DNA of 64,000 nt from the NCBI GenBank assembly GCA_026023565.1, contig JAPETS010000028.1, positions 124,001 through 188,000 of the forward strand, written 5' to 3'. Shown here piece after piece: positions 38,795 through 52,504 of the stretch. Position 1 is the stretch's first letter; each line of letters starts with the position of its first letter. A program made the translations under genes and the position numbers. The DNA is from Cirrosporium novae-zelandiae (lineage: Eukaryota). The notes below the pieces were generated by a model. That model worked only from the letters and a program-made list of their open reading frames with translations. It had not been told where the DNA came from and made no database searches.

Positions 38795-41212
38795 TCAATG
38801 GTCCCTACCAACCTTAAAGTACGCACTCGTTCTTGGTAACCTACCCTTAGCATCCCTAGTCCCATCTCGATAAGCCAACCTCCCATTCTCAAGAACACAC
38901 GGAATCGGGTTCTTAGGACAGCCCATCCATTCATCGAATGCAACCGTTCTGGTTTTATTCTCTTTCGGCTTTGGTGATGGTAGCGCTTTCTTTCTTTTGT
39001 TCTTCCTTTGACCGCTTCTTCCATTTGTTTTTGATCTGCCACCGTCATCGTCATCAGAGTTTGAGGAGGATGGGGCAAAGTTCGAACTTGAATCCGATGA
39101 GGTATCTGTAATTTGCATAGTTGGCATGGTATTTCGATCGAGTTTCTTTGAACCTGGTGAGCGCAGGTCAACTGCCTGGTACGGATTTTCTCCACGTTCC
39201 TTCCATACATTTTCAAGTAGTTTCGGGGATTTACCCTTACGCCTAGGACGAGCCGCGATCTCTTTCATTTTATCTTCTCGGTTGATCGAGAAGTGTCGAT
39301 ATTGGGCCAAGGCAAAAATATCGCTGTGGATGAAGGTAGAAGGGTCTGGAGGGGGAGAAGAGGATTTAGCATTATTAGGTGGAGGGATGATCGACGTAGA
39401 TTGGTTCTGATGATTTTGTTCCAAGGATTCAGTCTCCGCGGTTGGGGGTTGATGTTGAGTCGGTTTCTCGCGTTCAATTAGGAGGCAAGTTTTCTCGTCA
39501 AGCTGTTGTTTCAAGTCACTGATCTCCGTCTGCAGAGCTTTGTTTTGTTCGAGAAGAGCTGCTTGCTGTGCAACCTGACGTTTCAAATTTTCGACCTCAG
39601 CACAAGCAGCATCCTTTTCTTGGGCAAGTTTCACTTGTGCTGAAAGCTGGCCGCGAAGAGAAACAACTTCTGCGCGTGCAACATCTCTATCTTTGGAAAG
39701 TTTGGTATTATCTTCGACCTGCTTTCGCAAAATAGCAGCCTCAATACATGCTGCCTCTCCTGCTTGGACAAGCAGATTCTGCTTTGCCAACTCCTTTTTC
39801 AAGGCAGACAGTTCTCTTTCCGTATCCGCTACCCTTTTAGAATCCCTGGGACACTTTAGGCCAGGATCAGAACTAGAACCAGTGACCCGGATATGTTGAT
39901 TAGTACTTAACGTTTCGTGAAATTTTGCTTGGTTGCTAGGCAATCGGGTCACTGAGCTAGCATTGTCAAATCTTCTGCGTTTCAATGGTGGCGGGATGAT
40001 ATTTGTTCGGGAGTTCGAAGCAGTAGTGGAAGTAGGGGATACCGCAGGGTGGGTACCTCTTAATTGCGATTGGGAGCACAAATATCCCTCGTCAATTTTT
40101 GATATCTTCCTACGGCTGACGCAGCGCTGGCAGATCCATCTCGACAGCTCTCCCCTCCTGTGGTGTTAGTTCTGGTCTGTTATAGAAAAGCTTGGAGTGC
40201 TTACGATCTCAGCATTTGATCCGTAATTGGGGGGTTATGACAACTGAAATGGTATCTCCGTCCGCAACCTGTACATTTTGCAAACGTAGTCGACCGCGGG
40301 GCTTGAGATTTCCGACAGATATGGCATTTTTCGACCTTCCTCGCTGATGATGTAGAGGATGTTTGGGTGCTATGCGGTGAGTCGGGTTTCGTTGGTAACG
40401 CAGTATCAATTGCGAGGTGTGAATGGTTTAAAGGGGAAGTCACCGGCGTAGAAGTTACAGTTATGTTGGTCGACTTAAGGTCAGTAGCAGCCGGATCATT
40501 ATGAGATTCGCCATTTTTCATAGGTAAAACCATTTTCCTATCATGATGATCGTGCTCGAAGCGAAAACTAGCTTCAGCTGAAGTAATCTTCAAAATAGGA
40601 TAATTGTTCCTCTTATCTTTAGTTGTGTTGGTTGATGATATTGCACTCTCAACGTGAGTCTGAGGAAACTCGAACCTAAGATCTTCAGAAGAATTCACTT
40701 TACTATGCCTATGATCTGAAGGTCGAGGGTAGTTAGAGTTATTAACAACATCTTCAGTATCCTGGATCTGTTGCGAAAAAGGAAATTTTGGTGATACTGG
40801 TTGATTTAAAACTCCGAAGCCTTCCTGGCAATCTGCAGAGATGATAGACTTGGAATTTATGTATCTTTTCTCGCCTACATTCTTAGCAGAGTCTACCTCT
40901 GCTTTAAGGTTCGTAGGCGCCTTGTTGCTCTTGGTTGTATTTACCCTTCGCCGACCGATCCCTTTCGCGAGTCCTTTAAGCCTTTCTATTTGTTCGACAG
41001 TTATTACCCTACGCTGAATCTGGGACGTGTCTGCCTTAGAAGTAGTCTGATGGAGAGACCCATTCGTTCTAGATATCTGCCGGGATGGATAAGTGTCACC
41101 GGGTCCGAGATCATACTCTGGGAATTCTTAAAATTAGAAAATGTGGAAAGGAGGAGCTAAACATGTACAAACCAGCTGGTCGAACACTAGAATTGAGCGA
41201 ATGCTTCTGTCT
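38795..41212 (-). CDS. PHD-finger (C4HC3) and coiled-coil protein; 5' end uncertain
   Basis: CHICRK..CTGCGRRYHFSCHNPP is joined across an intron (~40165-40204) to WICQRC. The exon is open from ~41127, and the C-terminus has a coiled coil and basic patches. Further upstream exons (possibly to ~41917) were not resolved. Confidence 0.75.
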
Positions 41213-42386
41213 TAATACACATTAGCACTCTTCAGTAGATATCGTTGTGAATATATTTTTTGAGAGGGAATATAAAAATTGGGAAAGCGTCTCAGGTCTT
41301 TTCAGTCTTTCTTAGGTCGTCACCCCGTTGCCTTCCGCGGCTTCGCCAAAGATGCCCTTCCGTACAAGAGCCTCGTCCTGGAAACTATCTATCCAGGTAA
41401 AATCCACTCATTGAACCTGAAGAACAAGTCCAAGTAGAGCAATTGCATAAGGCGAAACTTGCTGAGGATGTAGGCCGATGCCATTGGCTTCAACTCGTAA
41501 AGATGCGAGGAAGATGAAGCTCCAATTAACGGCGCAATTAATTTCCACCCTGGATCCAATTTACGGTCACTCTTAACCTATAAAGTGACACTTCTTGCCA
41601 GCCAAGGAGTTTTAGCAAAGTTTACCAGACAAATAGACTCGGAACTTCTTAAACAACTTGCTTGTAAGGACATCTAAGCCAGAACCTTCGAAAGACAGAG
41701 CACAGTCGGACCTTTTACCAAGTTCACATCATGGACGCTGGAAAATATCGTTTTTGTATTCAGGATATGATGATGGCAGGAGAGGACTTAAATAAGACTC
41801 GAATGAAGAAACTCGTACCTGATCATGGTCCTTCAGGATAGCGGTTAAGTATTGGAACTCGACTTTTTCTCCATTCGGAGTTGCATGTTCGACCGAAGGA
41901 AATTGTTTAGTGCCCATAAAGACTCAACGCGAAAGCTATTGAGAAGAGTTGACATGTCACAAAACATGGAAACTTGTAGCAAGTTTGCAAATCAATTAAT
42001 CGCGACGGAAACGCGTTTTCTTGAGGAGACAACGTTCTCGGATTGTGCATTGAGACAGTTGCAACACGTACTGTAGCATGTTCTAAAGGGTATCTCAGAT
42101 ACCTAGGTATGTATCATGGCGAGTAAATTTTAAAGGGACTGAATATACTTGAATCCAAGACTTTGAAAAATGAATTTGTTCTGAAGAACTTCGCGTTAAG
42201 AAAATCAATTGAGACAAGTGGTACCCGAGGCACCGGGCAGCGTGTAACAAAGCTTCGGGCGAATGTGGGCGGCTGATAATTGCAGGGATCAGCCGAGTTC
42301 GCGTTTGTGTGATAGTAGATAGCTTCGATAGGTGGCATTTCAACTATTTGCTCATTATTTTTTTTACGCAGTCGTATGCATTGTCT

Positions 42387-45183
42387 ATGGATTTTCTCAA
42401 GTCGGCTATTGCCTCTACCATATCCAAGGGGAGTTCCTTTCCCTATTCCTTCGGTGACAGGGTTGATATAGACCGATCTATTTGGACTCTTTATAATGGT
42501 ACCAGAAGGGTAAGCGCATTCTATGAAATTAAGGAAAGTCGAATTACTCATCCATTGTTGTAGGAAGATGGCTCTGCTTGTAGTATCTTCTCATTCGACA
42601 TCAATCATGATCGGTCCAGCCTACCGCTTGCAAAAAATGCCGTCCGAAAGTTTCGTACATTACGACACCCTGGAATTGTTAAAGTGCTAGAGACAGAAGA
42701 GGTGCGGAGACAGCATAGTCCATATCTCATGGGTATATACTAAGTTATGGTATATTGGATAGACAGATTCGCATATATACATTGCCACTGAACGTCTAGT
42801 GCCTTTAGGATGGCATGTTAAACGAAACAGCCTCAGCGAAGAGACATCGAAGTGGGGGCTCCATGCCATTGCGGTTCGCAGATCTTATAACTCACTGTGC
42901 TACGCCAACTAAGAGCCGTTCTAGTCCACGCTAAGATTTATTAATGGAGAAGCTTCTTCAGTTCATGGTTCCGTCCGAGTTCAATCAGTATTCACAAGTG
43001 AGAGTGGGGAATGGAAATTAGGGGGCCTCGATATTTTGAGCTCTATGAAAGAAGACGATGCAATCATCTATGTACGAGTTGCCCATTATGACATTCTCTA
43101 CAAAGTTCTAATCCAATGAATAGAGTTACGGGAACGCTGTCCCGGATGGTAGTCGATATGCACCACCTGAAATCACAAAGACAGGCTGGGATGTGATCAA
43201 AAGGAATCCCATTTCAGCGACGGATGCCTATGGTTTGGGGATACTCATATTTGAAGTATTCAATGGCCACTTCAACGGCGGAGATGAGCTAAACCAAACA
43301 AGGAAAATACCACCTTCTATGCACCAGGCGTATAAAAGACTGATCGGTGTGAACCCGAAGGTTCGATTAAGTGTGGCCCACTTTCTAGAGCAAGGCTGTA
43401 GGCATGGAGGCTTTTTTGACACTCCTTTAATCCATTTAACGGAAGGTATTGACAGCCTTGGCTTAAAGAGCGAAAATGAGAGGGAGGAGTTTCTTCAGTA
43501 AGTACCCTGCCGAGAAGAGGTCTGACCATAACCTCATGCTCAATATAGAGAGCTGGAAGCTGTTTCCGACGACTTTCCAGAAGAGTTTTTCCAGATGAAG
43601 GTTCTTCCAGAATTATTGAAATCCGCCGAGTTTGGAGGTGGAGGCCCGAAGGTTTTCAGTGCAATAATGAGAATTGGCACCAAACTATCAGATGAAGAAT
43701 TCAATTCCAAGATCACTCCTGTTGTTATCAGGCTATTCTCTAACCCTGATCGGGCAATTCGGGTTTGCTTGCTCGACAACCTACCTTTGATGATTGATCA
43801 TCTCCAACAAAAGACTGTCAACGACAAGATATTTCCACAAATGGTTGGTTTTCATGATTTTATTCTACCATTGGTTCCGTAACTGATATGTTTCAGGTAA
43901 CTGGCTTTACAGATGTAGCTCCTATTGTTCGGGAACAAACCTTAAAAGCGGTCTTAACAATCATCAACAAACTTTCTGATCGCATCATTAACGGCGAACT
44001 CCTCAGGTATCTAGCCAAGACAGCAAATGACGAGCAACCAGGAATAAGAACAAATACCACGATATGCCTGGGAAAGATTGCAAGAAACCTTGGAACACAC
44101 GTAAGCCTGAATTCCACTAGAACTTCACCAGGGATTTTCTAATTTTTATGTGTAGACAAGATCAAAAGTACTTGTAGCTGCTTTCACAAGATCACTTCGA
44201 GATCCTTTCTTCCATGCTCGCAACGCAGGTCTTATGGCATTAACTGTCACTTCTGATTTGTTTTCCGAAGAGGATTGTGCTATGAAGATTCTTCCCTCCA
44301 TTTGTCCATCGTTACTTGATAAAGAGAAGTTTGTACTTGCTAGACGTTTAAAATATAACTTTTGCTAACAAACAGTAGATCTGTACGCGATCAAGCAAAC
44401 AAGACACTTGAGATATTCTTGATTAGAGTCCGTGACCATGCAGAAACCATGCCAGACACAGAATTGCCTCCTCTAAATGCTACAGGCGCTGCCACCGCCC
44501 AACCTCATTTACCTACCCCCCAGAATGGAGCTTCTTGGGCGGGATGGGCCATCTCATCCTTTACCAACAAAATCACTGCAGCCCATGGGGACATGCAATC
44601 AAAATCAAATAGCGCTCTTGCAGTTCCTTCCACAGGTACTAGCACACCACCTATATCTCAAAGTCGCCCTTCATCTGCTGCTGCAGCTATCTCTCGTCCA
44701 ACGCAATCCCCCCTTACCCCCGCTTTCAAACGAACAATTAACTCTTCCTTCCCATCCACCCAAACTGAAGACGACGACATTAACGCCTGGGGTGAAATCA
44801 ATGACGATGATAATTGGGACAAAAAGGACGACGTTGATGAATGGGGCAACAGCGACTCCTTTTTCGATGCTCCTTCCGAGCCCAACAAATCACCTAAACC
44901 CACAAGTCCTCTTCCCAGTTTCGATGACGGCAGTGAGCCTGACTTTGCCGGTTGGCTAAACGCACAAGCACAAGCAAAATCGAAAGCCAAGAAACCGCTA
45001 CCAAAGGGGCTAGCGAAATTAAATGCAAGACCTCCTGCCACAAAAAGGGCTACAACAGGCAGTATTGGAACAAAAAAGACCGTGAATACTACTGTCAAAC
45101 CTAAAGCTATCCCGAAGAAAATTGATACCAAGCCGAAGCAGGAAGAGGCGGGAGACGATGACGGTTGGGGAGCTTGGGATTAA
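42387..45183 (+). CDS. CEX1: SCY1-like pseudokinase with HEAT repeats (Cex1/SCYL1 type), multi-exon
   Basis: MDFLKSAIAS start, RTLRHPGIVKVL, ESGEWKLGG, MKVLPELLKSAEF, DRAIRVCLL, DEQPGIRTNTTICLGKIA and AAFTRSLRDPF. Acidic C-terminus with DDGWG motifs. Confidence 0.9.
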
Positions 45184-46253
45184 TTTTGTTCCAAGTGAGT
45201 ATAACACAGGAAATGACGAAGAATTCAGCATTGATTGAGCAATTGCATGGGCTAAAAACAGGGATTCGGAGTTGAGGGACTTCCCGTAGGATAATGTTTA
45301 TTATTATTAGATGACATGTTGAGATGAACCTGGATTGGGGCTGAGGGTTGTTATTGTAGTTGCACTTCATGTGGAATACAACAAGATAGGGTAAGCAAAC
45401 ATTTTAAGTATATTATTGCGATAAAAATTAAACTGCCATATCGTAGTTGTTTAGATAGTATATTTTAAGGTAACTAACTAACGTACTTTAAATAATGATA
45501 CAAGGCTCTGTATATGCCTTGAGCTTTCTCCCCTTTGGTCTTTATCTTAGATCATTAGAAGATTAAACCCATAGGTATTCCAAAAATATATGTAACTCCA
45601 TGGATGCTGAAGGGTGTTCCAATGAGTCGTTTTCTTCCCTTCTTTTTTGGGTCCTAGTACGTGGGTAGCATGACATTAAATGACCATATTTATGGCTATG
45701 ATTAGGTGGAGGCCCTATTTATAGGATAGAATAATTAGACAAGGGGATTGTATCGAAGTGAGGGAGAATTGTTTGATATGTAACAGGAAAAAAAGTTACT
45801 GCAAGTAGTCGTTTATATTCAAAGGCACATGGAATGCATCTTTTGTCCAAACAAAGATATTGTAAGGGGGTATGATGATATGACCACTTAGAATCACAAA
45901 TTCAATTTAGTTTTGTAATTATGAACAATGGGGAAATGTAAGGCAAATGGGTTTTAACATCGAAGTTTCACATTTTGGGTATTTCGTACGACGAACGTTA
46001 TAGCTATTACCCCGACCGTTCTCCCTCCGTCATTAATAGGTCGGTTCCCCCTAAATGAGGTCTCTCCGTCCTCCGCTATGTTCCGTTATCGTACAGTGCA
46101 TTGAGGCATATAAAACCCGAAAGCTAAAGAAAAATATAGGTTCCACTTGTCGATGTAAGTGAATCCTAGATTATTTTAATATCAGACTAAAGCACCTTGA
46201 CCATTCCTTTTGAGTACGCCCGTTTCCTTTCAGTTGTCATAAATCATAATATA

Positions 46254-47412
46254 TCATCGACTTTCTGAGTAATCATTCAGTGCTACACACACAGCTCCAC
46301 GATGATGCCCGTTATACTGTCGTATGATACTTTGTGTCGCTAACTCCCACAACCTTGCATAATGATCCGAGCATGCTGTGACTAGATAAGCCGAATCAGC
46401 AGAGAATGCACAATCCCATACCCATCGTTGGTGTCCTTGTAGTGTAGCTTCGAGGGGAAAAGGGTTTGTCTGGCCGGTTGCACTGGAAAAGCCGTCCATA
46501 GATAGGTTGATAGGCTGGTTTTGATCGACTGTCCAGATTCGAGCGGTGTGGTCGGCAGAGCAACTTGCAAGATGGCGGACATCGGGAGAGAGGAGAACGC
46601 GGGTAATGTACGAGGTATGAGCTTTGAATTTTGTGACAGGGACGAGAGAGGTAATATCACGATTTTGAATCATGCGCCAGGAGTAGATGTGACCCTAGAG
46701 AATATAAGTGTGGGTAAGAGAAAACTGTGGGAAGGAAGATTCTCACAGCATTGTTTCCTGCACAGAGCATAGAGCCATCACTTGCAACAGTGACACTAGA
46801 GACGGAAACATCATCTTCAGGGATCAGTTGATGGGTGCATTTGTTTTCTCCCAGATCCCACATTCGTACATTCCCGCCTCGATCTCCACTGATCAGCTCT
46901 CCTTGATTAGGATGTATGACAACATCATTAACAGGTACTCCATGGCTGTAATTTCGCTGGACGCTACCAGTCCTTGTATCCCAGACTTTGACTGTACAGT
47001 CTTCGGAGCTGGTGACCATCCACTTACCCTCACAGTGAAAAGCGACGCCTGTGACGTTACTTTCATGGCCCTCAAAAGTCAGGACGGGGTTTGGATTGGT
47101 AGACTTGATGTCGTATAGCTTAACATTACGATTGCCTGCTGCTGCTAGGTATCGCTTATCAGGTGAGATGCACAAACGATTGACTTGAGAGTCCGGATGT
47201 TGGATGGTACGCGAGCAGATGCCTGAGAGCGCCTCCCAGAAGCTGTGCGATGTTAACTGATTGACTTTAGATGCTGGTATTATGAAGTATATATTCGACT
47301 GACCGGATTGTATGGTCATAGCCAGCTGCACAGTCCAACTTATTAGCATTTATATTTCGGAATAGCTTTCAGAATAGTCTCTCGAGTTACCTGTACAGAG
47401 GATCACACTCAT
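46254..47412 (-). CDS. LST8: TOR complex subunit LST8 (WD40), 4 exons
   Basis: Spliced N-terminus [38 protein letters not shown] and C-terminal HQRWVWDCAFSADSAYLVTA..GHHRGAVCVALND. Confidence 0.97.
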
Positions 47413-48328
47413 GTTGGATGTTTCCTGACAGTTTAACAGGGATTCATTATGCAGAAATAAAAACGTATAAATGGAAGCTCAGGGCGCTAAGGGTGCCTTT
47501 GGAGAAATGTCCGAATAGATATTCAAGTGAAGAAGGTAAGTTACCTGAAGCCTTTGAGCCTCTAAATATAAAGTCCGAAGGTATTAATTAGCTTTGTAGA
47601 TCCTTGGCTTTATAAAGTAGTGTGGTATTACAGTCCACGATAAGATAACAGATCACGTGTCAGCCTACCTAATAATCCAATCACATCAACTTTCTAGGCT
47701 ACACTCTCTATTTCTTTGGATTGTTTTCTCAAGTCCACTCTACCATTTACTTAAATGGAATTTACGTCTGGTTGACTGGACTTAGGCACTGACTAATTTG
47801 ACGTAAGGGCTACGATATACGACTCCCTTCTATGTCAATAGTTAACCGCAATCCCTCATGACACGGCATCTGCCAGTGATATGTTATATAAAAAATAGGA
47901 GGGTATAATATTTTGATATAATTAACGAACATGAATAATAAATGAACAAGTGTGATGCGACGTCCATATTTCTTCATTTTTATTTTCTTCTTCTCAAGAA
48001 TCATTTTATTCATCCCAGAACACTAGACTAGAGTCGACCTATATATTCGATAAGCTGTGCGTTAGGGTCATGGGATTAAATTCGCAACCATTCACTTATT
48101 CTGGTTGGAGGCCCACAGGTATCATTCATCTTCACCTTCATCCTGTACCTATGTCGTGTCTATGACCTTGTTAAACACAAGCCATCTTTCATACAAAATA
48201 GAATAAACGCCTGCTTTTTCCAGTTACGTGAAAAATGCTATTCTTTCCTGTCCACCCCACCTCTCCCTCATCTTTGAGAAACTATACTTATTTCTGCTCA
48301 TCATTATTTCTAAATGATGTAGGAATTG

Positions 48329-49471
48329 TTACTCTTGTGCTTGGTTCCGATTCTGTCTTCGCTGTCCACCTCTTGGCCTTTCGCCCTTTTGGCCCTCGGT
48401 GTTTCCGCCTTGCCTCCCAGTTTCTCCTTCGCCCATTGTGAGAGCGGCGGTGGCAAGACGGTTAGACAGGTCAATTTGCGTGCGGATTGAGTTGGCTAGG
48501 TAGGAAATGACAAGGACGTCTTGGATGTGGTTGTTACTTAAAGTATAATGTTAATAACGGCAAAATTATGCAGCCTAGAAATAGATGATGGGGAACATAC
48601 AAGTCTCGTTCAATATCAGCAGGTTCTACTTTGGGTGCTAGCGCCAACGTATTGAGAAGGAATTGGCCCAGTGCGCTTGATGGTTCCTCATCCTCTTCGA
48701 TTACGTTCTCCACGTAGGTATTTACCCGGTCAAGAAGGTCGAGGACTTCTTCAATAGATCGTTCAAGAGATTCAATGTCTGTAAGTACACCGGCTTTGCG
48801 GTCTTCTCTCTCCTTGGCACTAGATATTAATTCAAGGCCGCTTTTCTCTGCATCTCCATAGCGAATCTCGTGAGGGACGGGGATGAAGGCAGCGCTATCA
48901 GCCGCACGCTCCGCTGTGACCCCAACCGGCGCAGAGATATAGGTCTTAACATTGATATCTTGTCCCGGGACTGTTGACACTGTAAGATGTACAGCCGGAT
49001 GTGGCCATGTCCCTTCGCCCTGACCCCCATAGAAATTTTGTATCAAAGCTGAAAAGGTGTTCAATTCGGATGAAGTCGCATACCAGCCAACAAGTATTTC
49101 CTTTGGGTTTGCGCGTAGATGTAACTGTAACATGTGCTTTTGGTATTCCATATCGACCTCGACTTGTTCTTGTGTTTCTGTATGTCCCACGGCGAAACAG
49201 TTCCGAATTTCGACCTCGCTGCCATCTTCGGAGCGAACACCTAAAAGTGTTCCGATTACACGGTCTTGGTCTGCGTTGCGTCGGAGGGAATGGTCGAGTA
49301 TAGAGAAGATAGCCTAGATTTTAACAGATAAGTAATGTGGATGAAGGAAGGGTTTCTGAACTGCCATACCTGAGGATGAATTACAACATTCAAAGGCTGT
49401 GTAGATGATTGACCTATGGCCGCAGGACCCAGAGGCCGAGCAAGGTGCAAAAAAGAGTCCACTTCAGCCAT
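48329..49471 (-). CDS. Translation initiation factor eIF3 subunit F (MPN domain), 3 exons
   Basis: [43 protein letters not shown], then [33 protein letters not shown]. Stop at 48329-48331. Confidence 0.93.
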
Positions 49472-49738
49472 ATTGGCGGTTTCGGTCGTCGAGACAGAAA
49501 CTTATGTCTGCTTGATAACTGTGCGACTTCGATTTTTAAATTTGAATTTGAATGCTGACCTCACTGGCGATCGTTTCCGTTATTGTTCTCGATTTCAGAA
49601 GTTGATTGTTCTGTGGGAAATTCCGCGCTAGTGGATAAGATAAGATTTGGACAGGGTTGAAGAGGAATTTATTTTCAATATTGCCGAAGACTGTGAGAGT
49701 GAACCTTTTATTTTGCCAACTTTTTCCACACTACGGCT

Positions 49739-52113
49739 ATGGCTCCCTTCCACCCAAACCCCGCTGGTGGAAAATACCGGAAACACCAAAGAGGAGGAAA
49801 GCCCATAGCAAAGACAGGGCAACGCAGTTCGAATTTTGCGACTTCAAGATTACAAGAGGATCTAGAGTAAGCGCATGCTCTAAGGCTATTTACACTTACA
49901 CTAACAAAAGCTAGAGATCTAGAGAAAGCAATTGAGCATGGCGACAATAGACAAATGCCCTCCGATGAGGATGAAGAGCAGGTTGAGGCCTCTAGTTCCG
50001 AGGATGAAGGAAATACCGGCATTGATTCGTATAACGCACTTTTACAAGTCCTTGATCCACTTGATGAACGTAGGCCTCCAAAGAAGAAAAGGAGAAAAAC
50101 CGGCAACGAATCAGCCGTACTTGCGATAAATGTTCCAACATCGGAGGTCGAAGAGGTCGGACTTGACGACGTTGATCAAGCGGAAGAATCTGAAGGTTCG
50201 CAAGGCGGAGAGAATACCTCAATTGATGGTGATGAGGGCCTCGACCGCGTGGACGATGATAAAAATGGTAGTTATTTATTCAATATACTTTGAGGATGTT
50301 TGAATCTAAGATTCAATAGGCTCTGACCCCTTCGATACCCATTTCGCACATCCCGAGGGGTCTATATTAACTTCGAAAATCGATACCGCAAGCCAAAGGA
50401 AATGGCGACAACAAACAGAAACGAAGAATTACAGACTCAAAATATTTACACCAGATACCAAACCAGGAGTTATCACTACAAGAATGCCAGGGATTATAAG
50501 TCTTGAACAACTGAGGGTATGTTCTAAAATTTGCGAATTGCGATGAGCTAATTATTTAATTTCGTCATAGTTAAAACCCAAGATCAACGAGGCGGCCAAA
50601 GAAATATTGTCTGACTTCACTGAAGCCCAGAAAGCAATTGTACCCCATATTTTCGATTACAAAGATATTCTATTTTGCCAACGAACTCCAACCAATGGAC
50701 AAAGTCTTCGGCAACTGGCCTCCTTACATGCATTAAACCACATCTTCAAGACGAGGGACCGTGTGGTCAAGAACAATGCTCGAGCTACTAAAGAAGACAA
50801 CGAAGCGGATGCCGACTTGCGAGACCAAGGATTTACTCGTCCGAAAGTCTTGGTACTATTACCCACTCGACAGTCTTGTGCAAAATTCGTGGAGTGGATT
50901 ATATCATTCAGTCAGGTTGAGCAACAAGAAAACCGCAAACGATTTGAAGATTCATATGTAGGGTTGGACGAAAAGTTCTCCGATGACAAGCCTGAAGACT
51001 TCCGAGACCTCTTTGGCGGGAATGACGACGACATGTTTAGAGTCGGCATAAAATTCACTAGGAAGACTGTCAGGTTCTTTTCGCAATTCTACAACTCGGA
51101 TATAATACTTGCTAGTCCCCTAGGTTTACGGATGGCTATGGGATCAGAAGAGTAATAGCGACCCTTTTATGTATATTTTCTTTGGTTCATGCACTAATTC
51201 GTACAGTTCTAAAAAGGAAGACTACGACTTTCTGAGCTCTATCGAGATTTGTATTATGGACCAAACAGATGCATTGCTAATGCAAAACTGGGACCATGTC
51301 GAACATATCTTTGAGCATCTGAATTTGCAACCAAAGGAAGCTCACGGATGCGATTTTGGTCGTGTACGAAACTGGTACCTCGATAATCATGCCAAATATC
51401 TTCGGCAAACCATTGTGCTTTCCGCGTTTAATACCCCTGAGCTAAACAATCTGTTTCTTACTCACATGAACAACGTTGCCGGCAAAGCAAAGATCGATCA
51501 AAAATATGATGGTGCTATTGTTGACCTTGGTTTTTCAGTGAAGCAAACATTCTCTCGTCTCGACTCGCTGTCACCAGCAAATGATCCAGATGATCGTTTT
51601 AAATATTTCACTACTACAGTGATACCTTTTCTGGATCGCTCCTCCAGAACAGCAGCCGAATCTGCTGGCGTGCTCTTATTTATCCCTTCATATCTCGATT
51701 TTGTTCGGATACGTAATTACCTATCAACCTCGTCTGAAGCCCAAAATATATCTTTTGGGGCTATATCCGAATATACATCGGTTCGGAATGTCGCACGAGC
51801 ACGAAGTCACTTTCATAGTGGCAGGCATTCTGTATTGCTCTATACAGAGAGAGCTCACCATTTCCGAAGGTATACTTTAAAAGGCGTGAAGAAAGTTCTA
51901 ATGTATGGCCTTCCAAATAACCCGACATTCTATAGCGAGATAGTAGGCTACCTAGGGCTGAGCATAAATTTTGGAAAACTCGACTTAGCCGAGGCCAGTG
52001 CTCAGGCTTTGTTTTCAAAATGGGACTGGATGAAGCTTGAGAGAATTGTTGGTACGAAACGAGTCGTGAGTATGGTGAAGGAGAAGGGTGGCGATACATT
52101 TGATTTCGTATAA
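49739..52113 (+). CDS. UTP25: U3 snoRNA-associated protein 25 (SSU processome), multi-exon
   Basis: [59 protein letters not shown] and [10 protein letters not shown]. Acidic N-terminus; introns near 49868, 50269, 50517 and 51152. Confidence 0.95.
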
Positions 52114-52504
52114 TGTCTGATCTACTCGTAAACGACATGCCATTCCAAACGTGATGGAATCGTTGGGATTCTTGCTCGACGAAAAATGTTTGTCAATTGC
52201 CCGACAAAAATTTAATAGCTACCCGGTGGGGATAAAATCTACATCTGCGTGACCGGCTTCATCCAATTCACTGTTTCTCTAGTTCACAACAACTAGCTCC
52301 GTTTCCGTGTGGTGATATTCTAATGCTGTTGTTTTACATACCCTTTAATTATAAGTCCTTTTGTTTCTCTTGATCACGGCTCATATCATTTTCAAAAGCC
52401 AGGAGACTTTTCATGGGTTTTCCTCATATTTACAATCCAACAACCCATAATATCTCAGGCTCTACATCAGTGTGCACAAGGTCTAACCAAGCCATCTACC
52501 AAGT

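Noticed and set aside
42114..42551. 145-aa minus-strand ORF, initially considered a nested gene
   Set aside because: It overlaps the first CEX1 exon in antisense and has no recognisable motif.
45400..45960. AT/TpA-rich intergenic stretch as a RIP-decayed transposon
   Set aside because: No terminal repeats, target-site duplication or transposase remnants are visible; it is compatible with ordinary terminator regions.
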